Below are positions 9,934 to 17,838 of a stretch of DNA of 64,000 nucleotides, piece by piece. The position numbers and the translations under genes are program-made. Under the pieces are notes generated by a model. It was given only the letters and a program-made list of their open reading frames with translations, ran no database searches and had not been told where the DNA came from. This DNA is from an uncultured Nitrospiraceae bacterium. GTDB lineage: Bacteria; Nitrospirota; Thermodesulfovibrionia; Thermodesulfovibrionales; SM23-35. The number at the start of each line of letters is the position of its first letter. The first letter of the stretch is position 1. The stretch is from the NCBI GenBank assembly GCA_937138415.1, contig CAKZPA010000042.1:1308-65307 (forward strand), read 5' to 3'.

Positions 9934-9962
9934 ACGGGCGGATGCCGTCCGTTATTTTTTCT
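9934..9962 (+). terminator. intrinsic terminator (plus strand)
   Basis: ACGGGCGG-ATG-CCGTCCGT hairpin (8 bp including one GU) followed by TATTTTTTCTT. It lies 155 nt downstream of the tRNA and overlaps the stop codon of the convergent minus-strand ORF. Confidence 0.6.
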
Positions 9963-10332
9963 TGTAGGTTATCGAAATCTTATAGGAAATATTTGCGTGA
10001 TCAGCGGCGGGTGGGGTAACGCTTCCGGCACAGCGCAGCTTTCCTTCGGCCAATTTCTTACGATGCTTGATCATCTGAATAATCACCGGCGTGAGATCAA
10101 AGCCGCCGTCGAGGCACTCTTTTCTCATGCAATCCATATTGAAATAGGCGTGGCGCGACGGCCAGAAATGGATCGTTCGGGACATCAGAACCGGGTTCGC
10201 CGCATTCTGGTAGTATGTCATCTGCACGATGATGTCCGAAACATCGGGGAAGCGCTCGGAGATCAAACCGGCTTCGAGCTTGAGCTGCCTGTTCCTTTCG
10301 ATTCTCTCAACGTAATTTTGTTTGTGTGCCAT
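9952..10332 (-). CDS. hypothetical protein (126 aa, no recognisable family)
   Basis: ORF starting MAHKQNYVERIERNRQ... with an AAGGA RBS 4 nt upstream. The ORF-track N-terminal extension to 10383 would translate a GC-rich hairpin. Contains cysteines in CMRKEC and ...LRCAG. Confidence 0.5.
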   Translation of the reverse strand: MAHKQNYVERIERNRQLKLEAGLISERFPDVSDIIVQMTYYQNAANPVLMSRTIHFWPSRHAYFNMDCMRKECLDGGFDLTPVIIQMIKHRKKLAEGKLRCAGSVTPPAADHANISYKISITYKKK

Positions 10333-10349
10333 CGCATCCTTGCTGTTAA

Positions 10350-10377
10350 GGGAGCCCCTCCGGATGAAGGGGCTCCC
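10350..10377 (-). other. perfect 10-bp GC-rich hairpin just after the csp stop
   Basis: GGGAGCCCCT-8 nt-AGGGGCTCCC. Only TT follows on the minus strand, so it is not a canonical terminator. It may be an mRNA 3-prime stabiliser or a partial terminator. Confidence 0.5.
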
Positions 10378-10384
10378 TCGCATA

Positions 10385-10585
10385 TCAACGTTTGACGACG
10401 TTAATTGCCTTTAACCCTTTCGGACCCTGCTAGCTGTCGAAGCTGACGAAGTCACCTTCCGCGAGGGACTTGAATCCGCTTCCCTGAATGGAAGTGTGGT
10501 GGACGAAGATATCGGTACCGTCGTCCCTCGTGATGAAACCGAATCCTTTGGAATCGTTAAACCACTTGACTTTTCCCTGAGCCAT
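10385..10585 (-). pseudogene. CspA-family cold-shock protein interrupted by in-frame TAG (codon 52 of 66)
   Basis: Hand translation: [68 protein letters not shown]1 (KGFGFI) and RNP2 (DIFVHH) are intact. AGGAGG RBS is present. TAG is at 10430-10432. The 51-codon ORF is not in the supplied ORF track. Confidence 0.78.
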
Positions 10586-10631
10586 TGCTGTACCCTCCTT
10601 ACGTTTAGATTAAAATCGCAGAAAGAGCAAG

Positions 10632-10666
10632 AAAAAAAGGCCACAAAGCTAAAAGTCTTTGTGACC
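10632..10666 (-). terminator. intrinsic-terminator-like hairpin with U-run
   Basis: Minus strand reads GGTCACAAAG-8 nt-CTTTGTGGCC (one mismatch) followed by TTTTTTT. It lies 166 nt after the thrC-fusion stop and only 47 nt before the csp ATG. Confidence 0.6.
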
Positions 10667-10694
10667 TTCTTCGTACAAAAACTTCTGGACTTCG

Positions 10695-10703
10695 ACTATA
10701 GCA
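10695..10703 (-). promoter_or_regulatory. putative extended -10 promoter (TGcTATAGT) for csp
   Basis: Minus-strand TGCTATAGT, about 110 nt upstream of the csp ATG and upstream of the terminator-like hairpin. Motif only. Confidence 0.35.
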
Positions 10704-10831
10704 TGGCATACGCCGACAGATAAGTCAATGTCCTGCCATCGGGTAATGCAAGATTTTCTGCCGATGTAATCCGGAGAGGTGCCCCGCCGTTCGTCGGATG
10801 TGTGCGAGCGACGATTCTCCAGATGAACTAT

Positions 10832-13378
10832 TTAGATCTTGTCGAGCGCCTGTTTGAGGTCGGCAATGAGGTCTTTCACGTCTTCGAGGCCGAGGGCGAT
10901 GCGGACGAGGTTATCGACCATGCCGATAGCGTGCCGGTATTCCTCCGGATAATCGAAGAAGGACATCACCGACATCTGGGTCACGAGGCTTTCGCTCCCA
11001 CCGAGGCTCGGCGTTATCAGGAAGAGATCGAGGGAATCGATGAATTTTCTCGTCTCTTTGTCGCCGCCTTTGACGAGAAACGTGATCACACTACCAAATC
11101 CCTTCATCTGTTCCGCCGCTATCCGATGGTCGGGATGCGACTCGAGCCCGGGATACCAGACCTTCTCGACTTTCGGATGCGCTTCCAGCATGCGCGCGAC
11201 CTCCAACCCCGCGCGGTTGTGGTGCTCCATACGGAGGGCAAAGGTCTTCAAGCCTCGTTCAAGGAGGAAACAGGTGAAAGGCCCCGGCGTAGCACCGATC
11301 ATTCGCTGCATTCGATAGAGTTCGTTGAGCAGGTCATGCTTCCCGAGGGAAACACCGGCGAGCAGGTCATTGTGCCCGCCGAGGTATTTCGTCGCGGAAT
11401 GAATCACGATATCAACGCCCATTTCGAGGGGCCTCATGTTGTACGGCGTCGCCAGCGTGGCATCGATGATCGTCATGATACCGTGCTGCTTCGCCACTTT
11501 GACCACCGCAGGGATATCGAGGACCCGCAGGTAGGGATTCGTCGGAGACTCCGTGAAAATAATGTTCGTATTCGGCTTGACAGCATTCGCGATCGCCTCG
11601 GCACTCGGATCGACGAGCGATACGTCGATGCCGAATTCTGCGAGCGTCCTCGTCGCGAAATCCCGCGTCTGGCGATAACAGTCGTTCGTGAAGATGATGT
11701 GCCCGTCTCGCCGCATATACGCGAGCAGCGTGAGGATGATCGCGCTCATACCCGTCGCGAAGAGGAGCGCACGCTCAGCGCCTTCGATCGCGGCGAGCTT
11801 CCGCTCGCACACCTCCTGGGTCGGGTTGCCGTACCGGCCATACTCGTGACCGCGAAAAACGCGGCCTTCGCTCTTCGCCTTCATGAATTCGTACACTTCC
11901 GAGGTCGTGTCGAAATAGTAATTCGACGTCTGCACGATCGGCGTGGAGACCGAATAGTACGCCTTCGGAGTCTTTCCCGATCCATGGATAGCGAGCGTCG
12001 CGGTGCCCAACTTCTTGGATCTGGTTGTCTTCTTCAGCGCCGCTTTCCTCCTTTTCTGGAGCGCGAACTTGAGCGCCTCTCTCACGGCATCGACACTAGG
12101 AGGCAGCTCGATGGGCTTATTGGCGAAGTGGCAGGGGAAATCGAGGGTCCCCTCATGGTATCGCACTTTGAAATCGGTAAACTTAAGCCCGTGCGCAGTC
12201 GATATGACGACGACGCGCTCGGACTTGTCTATCTTATTTGCCGAAAGCAGCTTGATAAGGACAGCGAGCGCCACCCCGGTATGGGGACAATTGAACATGC
12301 CCGTCTTGTCGCCGAGTGCCGCGGCGTCCGCCAGCTCCTGTTCGGTCGCCTGCTCAACGATTCCGTTGAACTGCCTGAGGGTCCGGATGGCCTTCTCGAC
12401 GCTCACGGGGTTGCCGATCTGAATCGCGCTCGCGAGCGTTTTCCGCGCTTCGATCGGCTCGAACGTCTCGAAATTTTTGAGGTACGAGCGGTACAGGGGA
12501 TTCGCCCGCTCCGCCTGAGCGACGACGATCCTCGGAAGCTTGTTGATGAGCCCGAGGTCACGCATCATGAGGAGACCGTTGCCCAGAGCGGAGACGTTCC
12601 CAAGATTCCCGCCGGGGATGATGATGACATCCGGCGTTTCCCAGTCGAACTGCTGGATGATTTCGATACCCACCGTCTTTTGGCCTTCGATCCGGAGAGA
12701 GTTCATCGAATTCGCGAGGTATATCGTCTCGTCCTCCGTGATCTCCTTTACGATCTTCATGCACCCGTCGAAATCCGTATCTATCGAGAGGACGAGCGCA
12801 CCATTGGAAATAGGCTGAATGAGCTGCGCCGTTGAAATCTTCCCTTTCGGCAGGAGGACGATGGACTGAATGCCCGCAGCAGCACAGTAAACGGCAAGGG
12901 CGGCTGACGTATCGCCGGTCGAGGCACAGATTACCGCCTTAATGGGGGCGCCATCGCTGATCAGCTGTTTTACCTGCGAGACGAGAACGGTCATCCCAAG
13001 GTCCTTGAAGGACCCGCTGTGCGAATTCCCGCAGAGTTTGATCCACAGATCGTCGAGCCCGAGCATCGCCCCGAAGCGCTCCGCCCAGAAGAGATTGGTT
13101 CCACCCTCGTACAGCGAAACGATATTTTCATTGTCGATATGCGGCAGGACCCATTCTTTCTTTCCCCATACGCCCGAACCGTACGGCCATTCCGTCGTCT
13201 TGTAGCGGTCGTCAAAGAGTTTCATCCATGCCTTCGCATCTCGCTCGGCAAGGGCCTTGATGTCATGCTGGACCTCGAGGAGCGAACCGCAGTTCTTACA
13301 CTGGTAGACGATCGAATTGATCGGATACGTCGTCCGACATTGCGGATTGATGCACTGAAACCAGGACTGGTATGACAT
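10832..13378 (-). CDS. fusion protein: threonine synthase domain + Cys/Met-metabolism PLP enzyme (cystathionine gamma-synthase/beta-lyase family) domain
   Basis: A single uninterrupted ORF of 848 aa from ATG 13378 (the track uses GTG 13402). The N-terminal half has a CxxC...CxxC zinc ribbon and the [12 protein letters not shown]-lysine motif of ThrC. A basic linker [18 protein letters not shown] follows. The C-terminal half has YGRYGNPT and SATKYLGGH motifs of the MetB/MetC/MetY family. Confidence 0.85.
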   Translation of the reverse strand: MSYQSWFQCINPQCRTTYPINSIVYQCKNCGSLLEVQHDIKALAERDAKAWMKLFDDRYKTTEWPYGSGVWGKKEWVLPHIDNENIVSLYEGGTNLFWAERFGAMLGLDDLWIKLCGNSHSGSFKDLGMTVLVSQVKQLISDGAPIKAVICASTGDTSAALAVYCAAAGIQSIVLLPKGKISTAQLIQPISNGALVLSIDTDFDGCMKIVKEITEDETIYLANSMNSLRIEGQKTVGIEIIQQFDWETPDVIIIPGGNLGNVSALGNGLLMMRDLGLINKLPRIVVAQAERANPLYRSYLKNFETFEPIEARKTLASAIQIGNPVSVEKAIRTLRQFNGIVEQATEQELADAAALGDKTGMFNCPHTGVALAVLIKLLSANKIDKSERVVVISTAHGLKFTDFKVRYHEGTLDFPCHFANKPIELPPSVDAVREALKFALQKRRKAALKKTTRSKKLGTATLAIHGSGKTPKAYYSVSTPIVQTSNYYFDTTSEVYEFMKAKSEGRVFRGHEYGRYGNPTQEVCERKLAAIEGAERALLFATGMSAIILTLLAYMRRDGHIIFTNDCYRQTRDFATRTLAEFGIDVSLVDPSAEAIANAVKPNTNIIFTESPTNPYLRVLDIPAVVKVAKQHGIMTIIDATLATPYNMRPLEMGVDIVIHSATKYLGGHNDLLAGVSLGKHDLLNELYRMQRMIGATPGPFTCFLLERGLKTFALRMEHHNRAGLEVARMLEAHPKVEKVWYPGLESHPDHRIAAEQMKGFGSVITFLVKGGDKETRKFIDSLDLFLITPSLGGSESLVTQMSVMSFFDYPEEYRHAIGMVDNLVRIALGLEDVKDLIADLKQALDKI

Positions 13379-13418
13379 TGTAGTAACGGTGGTCACCGAC
13401 ACTCAAATTGTGAAGACT

Positions 13419-13427
13419 ATTATATCA
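13419..13427 (-). promoter_or_regulatory. putative extended -10 promoter (TGaTATAAT) for the thrC-fusion gene
   Basis: Minus-strand TGATATAAT, about 40 nt upstream of ATG 13378. No good -35. Confidence 0.35.
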
Positions 13428-13568
13428 AATTGTCCGTGATCGATTCTCGAAAGGCTTTAAACCGCTCTATCACCGATTATTCGCACATGCAATGACAGAA
13501 ATTAGGCTTCGCGCTCGTTCTCCGCCCGCCGACAGAGATCGGATGGCCTCAGAAGGAACGGGTTCGTT

Positions 13569-16500
13569 CTACTTCGGTGATGAAGTTGGCGCAGACTCGC
13601 CGTCACACCACAGCCGCGCATTCTGGAACATCTTCAGCCAGGGAGATGCCCTCAGGCCCCGTTTCCAGTTTTCGGGCATATAGGCCCACTGCCACTTCAG
13701 AAATGTCCGTTCCGGGTGCGGCATCATGGCGAGATGCCGTCCGTCCGGCGAGCAAAGAGCAGTGATCCCATCCGGCGAACCGTTCGGATTAAACGGATAG
13801 GTCTCGGTCACCTGGCTATCGTCATCGACGAAACGGATCGGGGCAAGGCTTTTCATGAGGACCTCCCGCTTTATGCTTTCGTCCGGAAAGATGAGCCTCC
13901 CCTCCCCATGTGCGACCCAAACCCCGAGGACCGAGCCTGCCATTCCCCTCAACATGATCGAGGGGCTCTCGAGAATCCTGACCGTCGAAAATCTCGATTC
14001 GAATCTTCCCGAGCGGTTCTGAACAAAGCGTGGCTGGACGCGATCCGGTATCCCCTTCCAAGGGATCCATCCGAGGAGCGCCATGAGCTGACAACCGTTG
14101 CAGACACCCAAGCTGAAGGTATCGGGCCTGGCGTAAAATCGCTCGAATTGTTCGAACAGCGTTTCATTGAACCGGATGACGCCCGCCCACCCTTTTGCAG
14201 AATCGAGGACGTCGGCGTAACTGAATCCACCGACAAATGCGATCCCCCTGAAATCATCGAGACGAACACGTCCCGCGAGCACGTCGGTCATCGTGACGTC
14301 CCACACGTCGAACCCGGCGAGGTGAAAGGCCGACGCCATCTCGCGGTCTCCGTTGCTGCCTTCTTCGCGAAGGATGGCGACGCTCGGGATCCCGCGCGCG
14401 GCTGTCCCCTCGTATATTCGGGGGGAACCCCCAACCTCTTTTTCTGGCTCGAAGGAGAGGAAAAACTGCGGGCCTTTCCGCCGAAAATTCGCTTCTCTCT
14501 CTTCTTCCACACACTCGACATCCGCCTGGAGCCTCTCGAGTCGATAGCTCGTCTCTTCCCAGAGCGCCCGCAGTTGCTCCATGTCTTCCTGTAAAACCGT
14601 TTCGCCGTCAACCTGAATCAGGATCTCCCTCTTCGCCGTGGTTTTTCCGATAAGCTGGAAAGGCACATCGTTCTCCCGCAACACGTGCGCAATGTACTCT
14701 TCGTTTTGCGGGAGGTATTCGAGAACGAGACCGAGTTCCTCGGCGAAGAGCATCGGAAATGCACCCTTCGGTATCCCGCGTCTCATGCCTTCACATGGGG
14801 AAGAACCCGCACGCCCTCCGCTTTTCTCCTTTGACGCCCGGGATGACATGTTCACCTCGATGCCGCAGTTGCCGGCGAATGCCATCTCAAGGAGTGTGAC
14901 GATCAGACCCCCGTCGCTCCTGTCGTGGCCCGCAAGGATGAGATCTTCATCGATGAAACGCTGGATGACTCGAAATGACCTTTTGAGGAGCGCGGGATCA
15001 TCGACGTCGGGCACGTCGTTTCCGATCTGTCGATAAACATGCGCGAGCGCCGACCCGCCGAGTCGGAAACGCCCGCCACCCAGGTCGATAACGATGAGCT
15101 TGCTCTCGCCCGGTTTCTTCAGATCGGGCGAAACGGTCTTCGTCACATCCGGACAGCTCACGTACGCGGACACGACGAGCGTACCCGGAGCCTTCACGAT
15201 CTCTGTCTGGCCCTGGACATCCACTCGCGCTGCCATCGAGAGGCTGTCTTTTCCTCCGTCCACTGCGATGCCAAGTTCGAGGAGAATGTCCCGCAGCGCC
15301 ACAGCAGCATCGTAGAGCCTCGCGCCCTCCCCGGGCAACTTCGCGGCCCACATCCAGTTCGCTGAACATTTGATATCCTCGAACGCGCTCACCTTCGCCC
15401 AGACGATATTCGTGAGAGCCTCGCCCACGGAGAGCCGCGCCATCGTTCCTGCATCGATCAATCCCTTGATCGGCTGCTCGCCGATCGAGAGCGCGGCGCC
15501 CGTCACCCCAAAATGACTCTGGCTCACGACTGCGACGTTAGAGAGTGTCAACTGCAGGGGACCGACACACTGCTGCTGCGCGACCAGCCCCGTGACCGAC
15601 CGGTCGACCTTATTCGTGAGGAACCGCTTGGAACAGACGGAAAGCAAGCGGAGCACCCTCCGAAGGGCCTCCGCGACCGTGAGGTGCTCCGGCAATTCCA
15701 AAGGCGCCAGCACAGGCGGCACACGCTCGAGGTGGAATGTTTTTCGCGGCATGACGCCGAGGATCTTCGAGAGCTCGAGATTGACCGGCGTCGTGCCGTC
15801 CGCCGCATCGTGAATGACGATGTAGCCGTCGCCGGTAATCTCTCCGATCACGGCAAACGGCACTTTCTCCCGCTCGCACAACGCCCGAAATGCGTCGATA
15901 CTCTCCGGCCTCAAGAGGAGGGCATCCTGCTCCTGGTACTCAGCCCCCCATATTTCGAGGACAGAAAGGGTCCGGTCTCCGAGCTGGATATTCCTGATCT
16001 CGATGCGCGCACCCGCGGGATAGATGATCTCTTTCACAACGTTACAGTTCCCGCCGGCTCCCTGGTCGTGTATGCTCACAATCGGGTTCTCATCGCCAAG
16101 TTCCACGCACGCCCTGATCACGCGGTTCACCTTTTGCTCCATCTCGGCGTCTCCCCGCTGCACGGCGCTGAAATCCAGTTCCGCGACGTTCTCCCCGAGA
16201 ATCATGCTGGACGCGGCACCGCCTCCCATGCCGATCCTGTAAGCGGGGCCGCCGATCTTCACGACGCACATTCCTTTTTCCGGCTCCCCCTTGCGAACGT
16301 GTCTGCTGTCGATCTGGCCGATACCCCCGGTGAACATTATCGGCTTCACCCACTCCCGCCGCTCGCCGTTCGGTAATCGGAGCCCGAACGAGCGGGTAAA
16401 CCCCTGGACGACCGGTTCACCGAATTTGTTTCCGTAATCCGAAGCCCCGTTACTCGCCTCGATCTCGATCTGGAGAGGCGTCGCGAGATTCGATGGATAC

Positions 16501-17801
16501 AGAAAAGACGGCTCTTCCCACGGCATAGTATATCCTGGGATAGCGAGATTTCCGACACAGTATGCGGCAGTCCCCGCGATCACGAGACTCCCCCTTCCGG
16601 TTGCATGAACATCCCGAATCCTCCCCCCCGTCCCCGTTTCCGCGCCCGGGAACGGTGCGACGCCTGTCGGGAAATTGTGCGTCTCCGCGGTGAAAATGAT
16701 GTGGTACGTGACATCGGTCAAGCGAAACCGGCTGGCCGAACCGGGAAAATCCGGAACTATAGTTCTGATCGGATACCCGAGAATGCCGCTCGAATTATCC
16801 TTGAAGGCGATCACGCTATTCGCTGGATTCGCTCTGAGGGGGTGCACGATGACATCCATCAGGGAGTGCGGCACTTCCTTCCCATCGATGATGAGTCGCC
16901 CCTTGAAAAACCAGTGCCGTGAGTGCTCGCTGTTGGATTGACCGAGATCGAAACATTCGACGTTTGTCGGATTTCTGCCGATCTCGTTGACGAAGAGGTT
17001 GTAGTAGTAGTCGATATCCCAGTCGTCGAGCCCGAGCCCCATCTCGCGGTTGATCTTTCTGAGCGCTTCCGGTCCTTGCTCGATGAGCGGAACGACGAAC
17101 ACAGGCTCGGGCGTGACGCCCGTCTCGAACGTAGCGAGCGTCTCCGGATAGAGATACTCCGTCATGCGGTCGTGAATGGCGGAAAGGAAGGGTGCGAGGA
17201 TTCCGGAGTCCAAGGGTTCGAACGAAAGACGGTCTTTCGCTCCGCCACTCGAACCCCTGGCATCGTGGAAGCGTTTTTCGAGAATCAGTTCGTATCTCCT
17301 CGATCGCTCTATCCGGGTGATCTTCTTCAGTCCGCAGGCATGGCATATCGCAACGGCGTTCGTCGACCATGCTGTCGTGAAGTTGAGCCGAGGACCGACC
17401 TCGACAATGAGCGAAACGACACCGTTCCCTTCCTGGTCGCGATCGCTCCAGGCAAGAGCGGGGCGTTCCGTGTCTGCTTCTGCGGTAGGTCCCTTCGGCT
17501 CGGAACGAAACCCGGAACGTCCCCGTGAACCATGGTTCGACTCGTTCGGCACCATACTCTCGAAGCGCTCTTTCAGGAAACTCTTCTTCGAAAAATTCTC
17601 CGGCTCGAACGTTTCGGCGAGAAGCCACGTGAGGATGCGCGTTTCTTCATCGGACAGAGGAGCAACCGTCTCTATGTTGAAACAGTATTCCGTCGCGATA
17701 TCGATCACGTCGGAGCCGATACTCTGCCGCGCCGTTGCGAGGAGTGCCTGCTTTTTGCCGGGCGGAAGGGCTGGAGTGCGGAAAAAATGGAGAAGATTCA
17801 T
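13569..17801 (-). CDS. purL: phosphoribosylformylglycinamidine synthase, single-chain large type
   Basis: About 1410 aa from MNLLHFFRTP (ATG 17801). It has an N-terminal PurS-like region, AIRS-type domains, and a C-terminal glutaminase domain (GVCNGCQ, HGEG). It ends in TAG. The track start at 17867 would overlap purB. Confidence 0.93.
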   Translation of the reverse strand: MNLLHFFRTPALPPGKKQALLATARQSIGSDVIDIATEYCFNIETVAPLSDEETRILTWLLAETFEPENFSKKSFLKERFESMVPNESNHGSRGRSGFRSEPKGPTAEADTERPALAWSDRDQEGNGVVSLIVEVGPRLNFTTAWSTNAVAICHACGLKKITRIERSRRYELILEKRFHDARGSSGGAKDRLSFEPLDSGILAPFLSAIHDRMTEYLYPETLATFETGVTPEPVFVVPLIEQGPEALRKINREMGLGLDDWDIDYYYNLFVNEIGRNPTNVECFDLGQSNSEHSRHWFFKGRLIIDGKEVPHSLMDVIVHPLRANPANSVIAFKDNSSGILGYPIRTIVPDFPGSASRFRLTDVTYHIIFTAETHNFPTGVAPFPGAETGTGGRIRDVHATGRGSLVIAGTAAYCVGNLAIPGYTMPWEEPSFLYPSNLATPLQIEIEASNGASDYGNKFGEPVVQGFTRSFGLRLPNGERREWVKPIMFTGGIGQIDSRHVRKGEPEKGMCVVKIGGPAYRIGMGGGAASSMILGENVAELDFSAVQRGDAEMEQKVNRVIRACVELGDENPIVSIHDQGAGGNCNVVKEIIYPAGARIEIRNIQLGDRTLSVLEIWGAEYQEQDALLLRPESIDAFRALCEREKVPFAVIGEITGDGYIVIHDAADGTTPVNLELSKILGVMPRKTFHLERVPPVLAPLELPEHLTVAEALRRVLRLLSVCSKRFLTNKVDRSVTGLVAQQQCVGPLQLTLSNVAVVSQSHFGVTGAALSIGEQPIKGLIDAGTMARLSVGEALTNIVWAKVSAFEDIKCSANWMWAAKLPGEGARLYDAAVALRDILLELGIAVDGGKDSLSMAARVDVQGQTEIVKAPGTLVVSAYVSCPDVTKTVSPDLKKPGESKLIVIDLGGGRFRLGGSALAHVYRQIGNDVPDVDDPALLKRSFRVIQRFIDEDLILAGHDRSDGGLIVTLLEMAFAGNCGIEVNMSSRASKEKSGGRAGSSPCEGMRRGIPKGAFPMLFAEELGLVLEYLPQNEEYIAHVLRENDVPFQLIGKTTAKREILIQVDGETVLQEDMEQLRALWEETSYRLERLQADVECVEEEREANFRRKGPQFFLSFEPEKEVGGSPRIYEGTAARGIPSVAILREEGSNGDREMASAFHLAGFDVWDVTMTDVLAGRVRLDDFRGIAFVGGFSYADVLDSAKGWAGVIRFNETLFEQFERFYARPDTFSLGVCNGCQLMALLGWIPWKGIPDRVQPRFVQNRSGRFESRFSTVRILESPSIMLRGMAGSVLGVWVAHGEGRLIFPDESIKREVLMKSLAPIRFVDDDSQVTETYPFNPNGSPDGITALCSPDGRHLAMMPHPERTFLKWQWAYMPENWKRGLRASPWLKMFQNARLWCDGESAPTSSPK

Positions 17802-17838
17802 CGAAACTATTGTAGCAGAAAAGGACGCTCCCGGCAGT

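Noticed and set aside
9683-9967. A 94-aa ORF spanning the tRNA(CAT) gene and its trailer.
   Set aside because: It reads straight through a hand-verified tRNA cloverleaf. It has no RBS and an arginine- and serine-rich composition.
10430-10432. The idea that TAG is reassigned genome-wide to a sense codon or pyrrolysine, explaining the csp amber codon.
   Set aside because: TAG terminates adk, purL, the TPR gene and rpoD (tandem TAG TAG) at their expected protein ends in this same window. No pyl genes are seen here.
10802-12835. A 677-aa ORF on the plus strand, antisense to the ThrC-CGS fusion gene.
   Set aside because: It lies entirely within a well-supported gene on the other strand. Its composition is dominated by R/E/D/H/L, with no recognisable motif and no RBS. 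This is the typical stop-free antisense frame of a GC3-rich gene.
13379-13568. A possible SAM or other riboswitch upstream of the ThrC-CGS fusion gene.
   Set aside because: The best promoter element (TGATATAAT at 13419-13427) leaves only a ~35-40-nt leader. I could not recognise any SAM-I, SAM-II or T-box core sequence in the 190-nt spacer.
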